Shown piece after piece: positions 1 through 10,424 of a stretch of DNA of 64,000 bases; within the stretch, counting starts at the first letter, position 1, and each line of letters opens with the position of its first letter. The translations under genes were made by a program, and so were the position numbers. This DNA comes from an uncultured bacterium. Its GTDB lineage: Bacteria; Zixibacteria; MSB-5A5; CAIYYT01. Under the pieces are notes generated by a model that saw only the letters and a list, made by a program, of their open reading frames with translations, had not been told where the DNA came from and searched no databases. The DNA lies in assembly GCA_963726455.1 (NCBI GenBank), contig CAVSCK010000004.1, forward strand, positions 800,001-864,000, written 5' to 3'.

Positions 1-47
1 TTAGCCACGCATCTCGCCTCGTTCAGTCGAAAGCCAGTCCATTCTGT

Positions 48-797
48 TCACGGCAATACCCTCCTGACCGCCCTGACCTTGTCCGCCAAGTCAGCTCGAA
101 AATCGGGCGCATCCTTGTCAAGCGACTCAATCACAACCATACCACGCAATCGTGTCGCGTGAATGATCCGCAATCCCCCAAGACATATCGCCACATGGCC
201 GGGAAAGAAAATCAGATCACTGTCGCGTGCATTTGCCAGTGTCACCTCGCTTCCCAACCTGCTCTGGTCTTTGCTGTCGCGAGGAAGATTGACACCGCAC
301 CGACTGTACACTGCCTGCACCAGTCCGCTGCAGTCGTAACCAAACGGAGATGAACCGCCCCACAGATAAGGCGCCGACAGGAGCGTCCGGGCAATTTGGT
401 TCGGTATCAGTTCGGCACGCTGCATGACGCTATCCACGTCGCCGGAGATAGTGGTCATTTTCGACTGTGTGCAGATTTCCCGATACACACCGCCTGATTT
501 TTCGGGATACACCAACGCACCGAACGGCAAAACTAACTCGCTACCATTCTCCATTGTGAAAGTTGCCCACCGGGAGGCAACCACGGCAGGATTCGGCAAC
601 GAGTCGTCAGTCTCCTCCAGGTAACTCTCGGCCAGAAAGCCGTCGTACCCGTCGCCAGTGCGCACGCGGCAGAATTTCTCTGCCTGATCGATTAGCTCTA
701 CGCAATGGCCGTACAAGACCTGCGACATGCGTTCGCAACCATGACGGGGTTCACGCCGAAGATCGGCAACGGGAACGATCACAATGCGGGAAGACAT
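48..797 (-). CDS. SH3b + NlpC/P60 (C40) peptidase, gamma-D-glutamyl dipeptidyl-peptidase-like
   Basis: N-terminal SH3b-like 'VADLRREP...SQVLYG...DGYDGF'; NlpC/P60 motif 'PYLWGG...GYDCSGL' with catalytic Cys and 'GHVAI...IIHA'. Confidence 0.88.
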   Translation of the reverse strand: MSSRIVIVPVADLRREPRHGCERMSQVLYGHCVELIDQAEKFCRVRTGDGYDGFLAESYLEETDDSLPNPAVVASRWATFTMENGSELVLPFGALVYPEKSGGVYREICTQSKMTTISGDVDSVMQRAELIPNQIARTLLSAPYLWGGSSPFGYDCSGLVQAVYSRCGVNLPRDSKDQSRLGSEVTLANARDSDLIFFPGHVAICLGGLRIIHATRLRGMVVIESLDKDAPDFRADLADKVRAVRRVLP

Positions 798-908
798 AGG
801 TCAATAAAGGGCAGACTCAAGCCATACTTCAACAAAAATTGCATCGTCAGTTGATCGCGATTCAAGTGAATCGCAATCTCAGCCATATCAATTCATACGT
901 CTGCCAAC

Positions 909-940
909 AAAAAAGCCGGTGGAGTAATCTCCACCGGCTT
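909..940 (-). terminator. Rho-independent terminator of the TBDT-CTD-PorV operon
   Basis: Perfect hairpin AAGCCGGTGGAG-taat-CTCCACCGGCTT followed by a T-run on the minus strand, about 20 nt after the stop at 960. Confidence 0.9.
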
Positions 941-959
941 GAAATGAATGTCGGACAGC

Positions 960-1977
960 TTAGAACGACACCTTAAAGGTGAAATAGTTGTTGCTGCCCG
1001 AAAAGAAGTCGCGCTGCTGCCAGCTGTAGTCAAAACCCATGTGCGTCTGACCCCAAGCCACTTTTACGCCGGCGCCCAACGCCGGCCCAAACATGTAATC
1101 CGATTGGCTGGAAGTTGAATAACCAGCACGCAGGAAGAACATGTCGTTGTAAGAGTACTCGCCGCCGCCTCTGATTTCGTCCTGCGAGAAGTTGTTGCTC
1201 TGGAACGTTGCCGCCAGTTCAACATTGTTCTTCTCGCCGGCTTTGTTCAAAGGATCCCAGGCCGCACCGAATTGCACCGAGGAGGGCAATTCAAATGCCA
1301 CACTCTGGGAACGCAAGTCATGAGTGAAGCCATTCGCCGGTGGTGTCACCTTTGTGCCGAAATTGGGGCCGTCGAATTTCATGTGTGGTCCAAAATTCTT
1401 GACCACCACACCGAACTTCAATCCCCGATAGTTGGGCACGTAGGTGAATCCGAAATCGAAGGAGACTCCCCGCGCCGACACCTGTTCAACTCTTTCGTTG
1501 ACAAATGCGGCTGTCAGGCCAAATGCCACTCTGTCGGTAAAACTGCGAGCGTAGGTCAGGCCGACTACTGAGAATGTCGGATTGAACGTTTCACCGGCGG
1601 CATTCTGCTGATCATCCCAGGTCGTCTTCTGCATGGTGCCGATCGACAGCACCTTGGCAGAAACGCCAATCGAGCCAAAGCCCTCGATCGAAGTCGTTAC
1701 CGCGGCATACTCGACGCTTCATACCGGCAAAATAATCGAGATGCGAGAACATGGCCTCGGTGCCGGATTGCCTTACCACGCCGGCAGGATTCCAATAGAG
1801 CGCCTCCGTACCGGAGCAATTGGCGACCAGCGCCCCACCCATGGCGACGCCCCGGGAGCCGACCGAAATGCGCAACTCCTGCGCACCTGCCGTTCCAATG
1901 CGATCCTCGCTACCGGCGAGGAGCATAGCGCTGAGTGCGATGACTAGCGCTAACGATAGCCATAATGTCTTTCTCAT
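960..1977 (-). CDS. PorV/PorQ-family outer-membrane beta-barrel; split by one +1 frameshift at about 1717 (probable sequencing error)
   Basis: Signal peptide, 'GTAGAQELRISVGSRGVAMGGA...ALYWNPAG' PorV-family N-terminus, C-terminal aromatic strand 'YFTFKVSF'. Removing one base in ATGAAGCGTCGAG joins ORFs 1612..1977 and 960..1652 (…FAGM-x-VEYAAVTT…). Confidence 0.85.
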
Positions 1978-1995
1978 CGTTTTTACCTCCTCACC

Positions 1996-4900
1996 TTAGA
2001 ATGTGTTAAGTTGTTCAACTTCAGTGAATATTGCCATCTTGCCGTATTTGCTGCCCAGCCCCGGGGCCTCAATCAGCCAGACGTAAATACCTGGTGCAAC
2101 CCAGAGGCCTTTGTCCGTCTTGAGATCCCAGACAAACTCCGAGTTGTAAATGTCCGTTCGCTGCATCGTCCGCACCAAATCGCCGGCAATGTTAAAGACC
2201 CTGATGGTCATCGGCGCTGCCGGCAAGTTGATGAATTTGATCATCCGATGGAATTGGTCCCTCTCCTCATTGTAGTAATTGTAATATGGATTTGGAACCG
2301 TCAGGACCCCATCAAGTGAGTTGGCGACATACGTGCCATTCACCGTCTCAGCTTTCTTCGACGTGTACTGGAACACATCAGCCGGAAGGTTCGGCTTCGC
2401 CGCCTCGATGGTTAGCTTGTCACCCTCTTGAATGTCGGTGATCGCAAACGGTGGATTACGCAACTTTGGAGTCATGGCGTACATGATATCCATGTCGCTG
2501 CCATTGGCGTTGGGGTTGTTATTCATATAGAACGGATCCGGCGTCTCAGAGTAAGTAGAGTTGAATATGAAGAGATACTCGCGGGCTTTGGTACCGTCCG
2601 CACCTGGGAACCAAGTCGAATCGTAGGTAGCGGGTTGACCGTTATTCTCGACAAAACCGGCATTGAGCTGCCGTGGCGGATTTGACTGCACATCCCAAAT
2701 CGTAAACGGACAATCGAAATATCCGATAGCGGCATAGTTGGGAGTTCCACCACGCAAGTAGTCGTAGCATTTCTGCTTCGTCGTATTGCTGAAACGAATT
2801 TCAACAGTGCGGTATTGTGCCGGTTGAATATTCGATCCAAAGAAATCCGGACCGTTCCACAGGCCACCGTTGAGCCAGTCAGGGTTGCCCCCAAATGCGG
2901 CTTCACCGGTGATCCATCTGGTTTGACCTGCCCACGCCCAACCCTTGATTCCCGGAGGCAGACCTTCCATCTTCCATTGGATTCCGTCCACAGTCTTGTA
3001 AGGGCCGTTGGGGTCCTGATTCGTCTGATTCACAAGCAGCGTTTCCTGTGCCGCAGGCAAATTCAGATCACGCAGGAACCAGGTAAGATCCTCGGCAAAG
3101 CCAACCTGGTAGGTGTGACCGGTTACGTCCGCCGGTATCATATACTCGATGGCCAATGTACCGTCACTCGTACCGGTGTGCTGGGCGGTATCCTGGAACA
3201 CTCCAGAAAAGACACGCGGTCTCACCTCGTACGAGATGATCGGACTTTCGAGGTTCTCAACGATGAATCCTAAGAATTTCTGGTTAAGGTCGAAGAAAGG
3301 AGTCATGTTCCTGACATCGTAGGAATAAGCAGTGACCGCATACCAATAAGGCTGATTGTCCTTCAAAGGACTACCGTCAACTTTACTGGTATTCAAGCTC
3401 AAATGATATTGCAGCCCCGAATTTGAGCCTTTTTGGAGAATGAGCCGCTGGGTCCCCCCGGCCGCAGGGTCGACCACATCACCATAGAGTGAGGCCACAT
3501 CGCAGAATGTAAATGTTGTTTCAGGTGGATCTCCAGAGATATCTGAGATGCCACAAGCCGCCTGATCCGATATGTCATAAGTGGCGAATTTTGTCCAGGG
3601 GCCAACCGCAGATGCGCCCTGCCAGACATTGAAACCTTCGAAATGGAATTCCTGATTGAGAATAGCGCTGGAGTCGACAGTGCCTACCGGCTCGTCGCCC
3701 CAACTCAAGTCAACGCCGCCTTCGATACCACGCGCCCAGACTGAAGGCGGAGGTGGCGGGTTGGGAATTTGGAAGTTGAGATTAAACACTGCCTGAATCT
3801 TCCCTACGTTGTTCTTCAACGCGCTGACCGAGCTAATCGGGTCAGTGCCCTGGCCGACGATACATGCAATAACCACTTCCTGGGTGTCACCGGGATTCAT
3901 GGTGAAGGGACCTGCATTCAGCATCATTCTCTTGTCGGCCGGCGTGGGGTCAAGCCAACCCGTACCTTCCTTGGGATCACCAGAAGCGACAAACGTTGTG
4001 ACTTCGTTGGTGACCGGATTGATCACCTGCGTGCCGTCACGGTTAAGTCCTTTCATGTAAGTATAGGTCACACTTGGATTATCAGGATCGGTGCCATTGA
4101 CATAACGGTTGAAAGCAGTCATCGGCAGGTTCTTGAAACCGTGGCGCCACTTACCGGACACCAGAGCAGAATCCTCAGGAGCGGCGGGAATAATGGGCCC
4201 CTCCAGAAATACAAAGCCGACGGACGGAGGAGCGGCTCCATAGAGATTGTCCGGTCCTGAATTGTAGCAGTAGCCGAGACTGAGAAGTGTGTCGCAGCCA
4301 ACAAGATCGTCGCTGGCCTCACCCAGATCGGGATCAGACCAGGCGGAAACGAAGGCGCTGTCCAACTGGTTCGGTCCTTTGTTGATGATCCTGAACTTCA
4401 GATAGATGGCATTGCCCAAGGCGCCGGCACGAGCAAAAGCGAACGTCGATTGTTGGATTTCAAGCCCGAGCGGTTGGGTGCTGCCCGCATTATTCGAGTG
4501 CTGCGCCGGATCACCGTCGTTGTAGACCGCCCAGGCCATCTGATCGCCCAGGATTGCCGGACTTCCCGTTGAATCGACCGGAGCTCCCTGGTTCACCGGC
4601 CAAATAGCGAAGTCCGGATTGGTCGCGGCATCGTCACCTCTGTTCAACTCGTAGACTCTAAAGTCTGGGCTATCCGTCTGAAAGGTGCCGTCCAGCATCG
4701 GGCCCGGAGTGAACTCACTCGAGTACTCTGCCACGGCGATTCTGGTGCGACCATTTACCTTGGCGCCCAGCCAGATACCGGCATCATAAATACAGTGTAG
4801 ATTCGTACCGCGAGGAAAATACAAACCGTCGTTTCTTCCACGCGATGCGGTCTTATCGTAAGCGTAGTTTCCAACGTTGGTAATGATCATATCCAGCGAG

Positions 4901-5043
4901 TTCACACCGACGTTATGAGTCGCGTCGATTATCATGATTTCGCCGGGACTTTCCCATTTCCCTGAAATGTTGCTGAGACTCCACGCCACCGCGGTCATCA
5001 ACAGAAACATTGTCAGGGAAAGAACCAATCTCGATTTATTCAT
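1996..5043 (-). CDS. Large secreted protein with T9SS type-A-like C-terminal sorting domain (1015 aa)
   Basis: Signal peptide; C-terminal 'VPNPY...IKFINLP...TIRVFNIAGDLVR...WDLKTDKGLWVAPGIYVW'; SD GGAGG upstream. Confidence 0.85.
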   Translation of the reverse strand: MNKSRLVLSLTMFLLMTAVAWSLSNISGKWESPGEIMIIDATHNVGVNSLDMIITNVGNYAYDKTASRGRNDGLYFPRGTNLHCIYDAGIWLGAKVNGRTRIAVAEYSSEFTPGPMLDGTFQTDSPDFRVYELNRGDDAATNPDFAIWPVNQGAPVDSTGSPAILGDQMAWAVYNDGDPAQHSNNAGSTQPLGLEIQQSTFAFARAGALGNAIYLKFRIINKGPNQLDSAFVSAWSDPDLGEASDDLVGCDTLLSLGYCYNSGPDNLYGAAPPSVGFVFLEGPIIPAAPEDSALVSGKWRHGFKNLPMTAFNRYVNGTDPDNPSVTYTYMKGLNRDGTQVINPVTNEVTTFVASGDPKEGTGWLDPTPADKRMMLNAGPFTMNPGDTQEVVIACIVGQGTDPISSVSALKNNVGKIQAVFNLNFQIPNPPPPPSVWARGIEGGVDLSWGDEPVGTVDSSAILNQEFHFEGFNVWQGASAVGPWTKFATYDISDQAACGISDISGDPPETTFTFCDVASLYGDVVDPAAGGTQRLILQKGSNSGLQYHLSLNTSKVDGSPLKDNQPYWYAVTAYSYDVRNMTPFFDLNQKFLGFIVENLESPIISYEVRPRVFSGVFQDTAQHTGTSDGTLAIEYMIPADVTGHTYQVGFAEDLTWFLRDLNLPAAQETLLVNQTNQDPNGPYKTVDGIQWKMEGLPPGIKGWAWAGQTRWITGEAAFGGNPDWLNGGLWNGPDFFGSNIQPAQYRTVEIRFSNTTKQKCYDYLRGGTPNYAAIGYFDCPFTIWDVQSNPPRQLNAGFVENNGQPATYDSTWFPGADGTKAREYLFIFNSTYSETPDPFYMNNNPNANGSDMDIMYAMTPKLRNPPFAITDIQEGDKLTIEAAKPNLPADVFQYTSKKAETVNGTYVANSLDGVLTVPNPYYNYYNEERDQFHRMIKFINLPAAPMTIRVFNIAGDLVRTMQRTDIYNSEFVWDLKTDKGLWVAPGIYVWLIEAPGLGSKYGKMAIFTEVEQLNTF

Positions 5044-5095
5044 CTGCTTCCTCCTATAGCTCGTGATCCTTTCAACTCATAATCCATGGTTGACA

Positions 5096-7897
5096 TTAGA
5101 AGTTCATCCTCAGGCCGAGACGCAACTGACGCGGAGTGTCGTAGTTCATCGGATTCCGCTGTTTGAAGTCATACTTCGCTTGTCCGTCAGTTGGATGGGT
5201 CGCCAGATATTCCTGACCTCCCGGCGTGATGAGCCAGCCGGTATTGTCCGGAAGACCGGTGCCTTCGTAAACGTTGATCACGTTCTTGGTATTGAAAACG
5301 TTGATCACCCAAAGATAAATATCCCAATTCAACTTGCCGATTCCGAAGGTCTTGTTGGCCTTCAGGTCGAGTCGATAGGTCCACGGCATATTGCGCGAGT
5401 TTACCGTTCCGGCGGGATTGGGGGAAAGCGCCTGAATCGATATCTCGTTGTAAATGTTCACTGGAGTGTAAGGAGTTCCCGAAGCCGCCTGGAATACGAA
5501 ATTGATACCGGCATTTTCCAGCGGGTAAGTTTCGCCAAGCTTGGGCCCCTGGTGCTTCTGGGCGCGGACATCCATCATTGCAGTGATCTTGTGGCGCTGG
5601 TCAAAGTCCAGTGGCGCTACGCGCTGCGGACGCTCGCTATTTGTCCAGGCGATGTTGGACTGGGTCGTCGCGTAAGAACCGGTACCGTCGGCATAAGCCA
5701 GCGAATAATCCAGTTCTCCCGAGACGCTACGAGTCCGTCTCATCACCAACTGGAAATCAATACCTTTGATTGTGCCAAAGTCAGTGTTTTGATACATCGG
5801 GAACGAATTCGGAATCGACGAGATATTCAGAATCTCCGTTAGGTTCTTCACGTCCTTGTAATAAGCAGTTGCCGTGAAGCTCGTAAAATCGCCCAACTGA
5901 TGCGCAATACCGACCTCGTATGCCGTTGTCTCTTCCGGCTTCAAGTTCGGATTGCCGATCGGGGCATAGTAAGGATTGAACTTCAGCATGCGCTGCAACC
6001 ACGCCGTGCCAACATACAGGTATTGCAGTTCCGGTCTCTGGAAGAACTTGCCGTAGTTGACGTGCAACACGGTCTTGTCTGAAACCGGGAATCCGACGCC
6101 CAAACGCGGCGATACCTTCTGCTCGGCCTTGGCCTTCACAAATTGGTCTGGACCCAGAAGGTTGGTAACGGGGTCAAGCGGACGAGCCGGGTTCTTTAAC
6201 TGATCGGTATTTACATTGAGATAGTCCCAACGTATACCGGCGTTGACTACCAGTCCCTGCCATTCCAACTTGTCCTGCAAATAGACAGCGAAGTCGTACG
6301 GCTTCTTGACGCCATTCGGCCCACTGTTGACGGCGTTCTGTCCGGTAATATCCCAGCCATACGCATTGGCGTCCTGGTAACTTACCTGCTGGAATAACGC
6401 CGGATCGTGAACCGTCGTGTCAATCTTGGTCGGACTAAGATGCTGGTACCAACGAAGACGATGGAAATTAGCATCAATACCGAATTGCATCAGGTTCGTC
6501 TTGTTTATCTGGCTGCTCAACGCGAACGTTGCGCCGACGTAGGAAGACCGTCTCTTTAGGAAGTCATCCCACACGTGGCCGAGATCTTTTCCCGTGCTGT
6601 CGGTACCACCGAGCCAGAACAATGTTGACTCGTCGAAGCGCGGATTTCCGCCTGGGCGACCATAGGCGATTAGATTGTCCCAATATTTCGAGTCGCCGCG
6701 CGTGCGTTTGGTCAGATAGTAAGTCGTTCCCAACTCGAAGAACGTTTTGGGCGAGAGATTGCTCGTCCACTTGCCGTAATACGAGTAGTTCTCGTCCACA
6801 TAGCGCGGCGAATGATTCTGGTCGAAGTAGTAGTCCATGCGGAACTCGCGCCAGTCATCCTTGCTACCGAGCGTGCCAAAGCGCAAAGTGTTCTTCTTGT
6901 TTACATCGTACTGAAGTTTGCCCTGCCAGGTCCAACCAGACAGCGAGTTCATCGGCAGGATTCCGTTGGTAATTGCCTTGGGAGTTCGATCGCCGGTGCG
7001 ACGACGCTCCATCGAAGCAAAGAACGTCGCTTTATCGCTCCCCGGTTTCACGGGGCCGCCGATGTTGAAATCAATGACGTTGTAATCATACCGGTGCGAC
7101 TTGTTGTTGAAGCCGTCTGTGACTCCTTCCAATGCACCGGAATATTGGCTGCTGCCCGCTTTCGTGGTTACGTTGATTGCGCCAGAAGAAACCCACCCGT
7201 ATTCGGCGTTGAAACCTCCGGTCGAGATCGCAATCTGATCGATCGCGTTGTTGTTAATTGAGGTAGTCGACAAGTTGGTCAACGGATCCTGTTGCGAGAA
7301 ACCGTCCACGTAATAGGCGACTTCGCCCTGACGGCCTCCGCGAATGTTCAAAACCGGTTCATTAGTGGCTTCGCGCGCACCGCGCAAGTTTAGCGTCGGC
7401 GGCTGCTTGTAATTTGCCACTACACCGGCATTCAAACCGACGACATCCTGATAACCGCGTGTCGGCAGTTGTTGTACCTGATCCGACGTTACGATCTTCA
7501 GTGAAGCCGTCTGGTCTTTGATAATCATCGGACGCTCAGCAATTACTATCTGAGTCTCTCCGATGTTAAGCACCTTGGATGACAGCTGAAAATCTGCGTT
7601 CGAAGTCAAGTCGACGGAAACACGCAGACTCTGCAACTCCACCGGCGCATAACCGATAATGTTCGCTACGAGGTCATATTGACCGGCCGGGACGTTAAGT
7701 ATGAAATACTTACCTTCCGCATCCGTGAGCGCTCCCATGGTGGTTCCTTTGATCGAAACCGCCACTCCCGGCAGAGGAGACCCTGTATCCTTATCCGTGC
7801 ATCTACCTGAGATCTTGCCTACCGTTGCGGCAAACACCATCCCACTGAGCACCAGAACCAAGAACAGGGTGGCTACAAGTTTTGATCTAAGCTCCAA
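5096..7897 (-). CDS. TonB-dependent outer-membrane transporter with N-terminal carboxypeptidase-regulatory-like domain
   Basis: Signal peptide, 'GKISG...DTGSPLPGV' CarboxypepD_reg, plug 'LNIRGGR...YYVDG', 'GGFNAEYG', 'GNPNLKPE', C-terminal 'RLGLRMNF'; TTG start with AGGAGG SD. Confidence 0.95.
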   Translation of the reverse strand: MELRSKLVATLFLVLVLSGMVFAATVGKISGRCTDKDTGSPLPGVAVSIKGTTMGALTDAEGKYFILNVPAGQYDLVANIIGYAPVELQSLRVSVDLTSNADFQLSSKVLNIGETQIVIAERPMIIKDQTASLKIVTSDQVQQLPTRGYQDVVGLNAGVVANYKQPPTLNLRGAREATNEPVLNIRGGRQGEVAYYVDGFSQQDPLTNLSTTSINNNAIDQIAISTGGFNAEYGWVSSGAINVTTKAGSSQYSGALEGVTDGFNNKSHRYDYNVIDFNIGGPVKPGSDKATFFASMERRRTGDRTPKAITNGILPMNSLSGWTWQGKLQYDVNKKNTLRFGTLGSKDDWREFRMDYYFDQNHSPRYVDENYSYYGKWTSNLSPKTFFELGTTYYLTKRTRGDSKYWDNLIAYGRPGGNPRFDESTLFWLGGTDSTGKDLGHVWDDFLKRRSSYVGATFALSSQINKTNLMQFGIDANFHRLRWYQHLSPTKIDTTVHDPALFQQVSYQDANAYGWDITGQNAVNSGPNGVKKPYDFAVYLQDKLEWQGLVVNAGIRWDYLNVNTDQLKNPARPLDPVTNLLGPDQFVKAKAEQKVSPRLGVGFPVSDKTVLHVNYGKFFQRPELQYLYVGTAWLQRMLKFNPYYAPIGNPNLKPEETTAYEVGIAHQLGDFTSFTATAYYKDVKNLTEILNISSIPNSFPMYQNTDFGTIKGIDFQLVMRRTRSVSGELDYSLAYADGTGSYATTQSNIAWTNSERPQRVAPLDFDQRHKITAMMDVRAQKHQGPKLGETYPLENAGINFVFQAASGTPYTPVNIYNEISIQALSPNPAGTVNSRNMPWTYRLDLKANKTFGIGKLNWDIYLWVINVFNTKNVINVYEGTGLPDNTGWLITPGGQEYLATHPTDGQAKYDFKQRNPMNYDTPRQLRLGLRMNF

Positions 7898-8379
7898 ATC
7901 TGAACCTCCTGTTACACAAGTTGATACGTTGCCAAACGTACATAACGATACTCCTTAAGTTCAACGGCATTCCTCCTCAAAACTTTAGGGCTCCTCCTTT
8001 CGATCCACTCACTTCTGACATTTTTCTTCCAACGTTTTAAACGCAATAAAAACACAATCTTCTAAGTCTATCTATGTGTCCACGCATATTGGCAGCAGGC
8101 AGGAAGCGCAAATACCCCGATGTAGAATCCAATGCTGAGACAACCTCCAGTCGACCCGCATTCAATAGAATCATACCCAGCCATGCATCCTTGCCGGACA
8201 TCGATATGATTTTGCTCCCCTTCGTATACGCAATAGTTGCCCCGATGCCACTATTTTGTCAATATAAAACTTTAACTAACCATTTGATCTAGAGCGGCTT
8301 AATCGTACGAATAGTGGAGCGCACCTACCGGCTGGGTGGCCCGGCAAACTTGGATCGATTCCTGCGTGCTCCGGTGCCG

Positions 8380-9048
8380 CTAAATGCACAATTTGACTTG
8401 AAAAACTTCCTCGATGCTGTCGACGAGTCGATAGAAGACATCAGACTTATCAATCGGCTTTCCGATGAGCGATGACAAACTTGTGACACTTGAGGACGGA
8501 AATCCGCAGGGATTAATCAGGTCAAAATAGGAAAGATCAACGTCGAGATTCAACGCCAATCCGTGATAGCTTATCCAGCGTTTTACCGCAATTCCGATGG
8601 CGCAGATCTTTCTTTCCCCTACCCACACCCCCGTCTTGCCGGGATGCCTGCTGCCCGCTACATCATAGTGAGTCAAGAAGCGGATCACCACTTCTTCCAA
8701 GTCGCGCAGGAAGCGGTGGAGGTCCCGCGAACGCTTTTCCAGATCAATTATCGGATAGATCACTTGCTGGCCCGGACCGTGAAAAGTCACGTCTCCTCCG
8801 CGCTCGACTTCGAAAACCGAGACGCCTCGTTGGCGCAGCAATTCCTCAGATGCCAGAATATTACCTTCGCGGCTGCCTCGGCCGATTGTGATTGTCGGCG
8901 GGTGCTCTGCGAATATGAAAGTGTCGCCAATTTTGCCGTCGATTCTTTGGTCGACACAATTCAACTGAATAGAATGAGCCCGGCCGTAATCAAGACGACC
9001 GAGCTCTAGTATCTTGGCAGTCGGTTCAGTAGCGGCGTCGGAATCCAT
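8380..9048 (-). CDS. lipB: Lipoyl(octanoyl) transferase
   Basis: 'EHPPTITIGR', 'RGGDVTFHGPGQ', 'KICAIG', 'HGLALN', 'INPCG' motifs. Confidence 0.95.
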   Translation of the reverse strand: MDSDAATEPTAKILELGRLDYGRAHSIQLNCVDQRIDGKIGDTFIFAEHPPTITIGRGSREGNILASEELLRQRGVSVFEVERGGDVTFHGPGQQVIYPIIDLEKRSRDLHRFLRDLEEVVIRFLTHYDVAGSRHPGKTGVWVGERKICAIGIAVKRWISYHGLALNLDVDLSYFDLINPCGFPSSSVTSLSSLIGKPIDKSDVFYRLVDSIEEVFQVKLCI

Positions 9049-10302
9049 TTACAAGAACATCATCTCGGGATCTTCGATGTACGTAATCAGACGTCTCAGA
9101 AATTGCACGGCAAGGTGACCGTCAATCAGGCGATGATCAAAAGACAGCGCAAAATTCATCATGTCTCGGATTACGATCTGGCCGTCACGGACGACCGGCC
9201 GCTTTTGGATCGCGTGCACTCCCAAAATGGCCACCTGTGGCTGATTGATAATCGGCGTGGAATTGAGCGCGCCGAAGCCGCCGGCATTGGTGATCGAAAA
9301 CGTTCCGTCCTCGATGTCCACCGGATAGAGTCTTTCCGCTCGTGCCCGGTCGCCCAGGTCCTTGAGTTCGCGCATCAATTGGACCAGTCCCTTGGCGTCC
9401 GCATCTTTTATGACCGGCACAATCAATCCGACTTCACGGGCCACGGCAATGCCAATGTTGTAGTAGTGCTTGAGCAAAATCTTGTCCTCGGTAAACGAGG
9501 CATTCACGTATGGAAATTCCTTCAGCGCCTTACAGGCCGCAACGATGATAAACGGCATATAAGTAAGCCGGACGCCGTGTTCTTTCTCAATCTGCTCACC
9601 GTGACGCTTCCTGAATTCGACGACATGGGTGAAATCACATTCGTCAAAGGTTGTAACATGAGGCGACGTGTGTTTGGAGCGAACCATGTGCTCAGAGATC
9701 AATTTGCGAATTCTCGATGCCGGGACTTCCTCAACACGTTTTCCCGGCTCGGTCTTGACCGTCGGCGCGAACACAGACGGGGATGCCGGGGGCTTGGCTG
9801 CAGCGGCAAGCTTTGGCGCGGCTGCGAGATAATCTTCAACATCTTTTTGAGTGATCCTGCCGCCGGCGCCGCTGCCTTTGAGTTGAGTCACGTCGATCCC
9901 GTGTTCCTTGATCAGGCGCCTGACTGCCGGTGACAAACGCTGGGCTTCTTCGGACGCTGGCATTGTCACCGGAGCAACGGGAGCAGCAGGTGCAGGAGTC
10001 GCTTTGGCCGCCACCGGTGAAGCTGACTGAGCAGGCGCGGTCACCGCACTGCCGGGCTTCTCTCCCGGCGTACCGATAATCGCAATTTCCTTTCCGACCG
10101 GAACCAGGGTGCCTACCGGAGCGAGTATTTGCAGCAGCACGCCGTCGAATTCCGCCGGTATTGCTACATTGACTTTATCTGTCAACAGTTCGACAATCGG
10201 TTGATCCTTGACGATCGGCTGGCCTACTTCAACGAACCATTTGTTGATCGTTCCCTCGACAACCGATTCCCCCATTTGTGGCACTTTAAGCACAGTCGCC
10301 AT
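9049..10302 (-). CDS. 2-oxoacid dehydrogenase E2 (dihydrolipoamide acyltransferase)
   Basis: Single lipoyl domain 'TDKV', E3-binding 'SPAVRRL...GSGAGGRI', catalytic 'DHRLIDG'. Confidence 0.93.
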   Translation of the reverse strand: MATVLKVPQMGESVVEGTINKWFVEVGQPIVKDQPIVELLTDKVNVAIPAEFDGVLLQILAPVGTLVPVGKEIAIIGTPGEKPGSAVTAPAQSASPVAAKATPAPAAPVAPVTMPASEEAQRLSPAVRRLIKEHGIDVTQLKGSGAGGRITQKDVEDYLAAAPKLAAAAKPPASPSVFAPTVKTEPGKRVEEVPASRIRKLISEHMVRSKHTSPHVTTFDECDFTHVVEFRKRHGEQIEKEHGVRLTYMPFIIVAACKALKEFPYVNASFTEDKILLKHYYNIGIAVAREVGLIVPVIKDADAKGLVQLMRELKDLGDRARAERLYPVDIEDGTFSITNAGGFGALNSTPIINQPQVAILGVHAIQKRPVVRDGQIVIRDMMNFALSFDHRLIDGHLAVQFLRRLITYIEDPEMMFL

Positions 10303-10424
10303 CAGTACTTCTCCTTATGGTTCCTTGCTCGTTGATCTTTCAATCAGCAGCATTGTTAATCATATCGGCAGGAGTTGTCAACAAACATCGGTGTCGGTCG
10401 CCCAGTTCGGGAACCGTTGCTCCC

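Noticed and set aside
1612-1977. Separate 121-aa protein or phase-variable porV
   Set aside because: It is the N-terminus of the PorV-family gene; there is no long homopolymer or SSR at the break.
5063-5842. Long antisense ORFs (this one, and e.g. 9103..9933, 47330..48313, 57224..58114)
   Set aside because: They lie opposite well-supported genes, have no recognisable motifs, and are typical codon-bias shadows.
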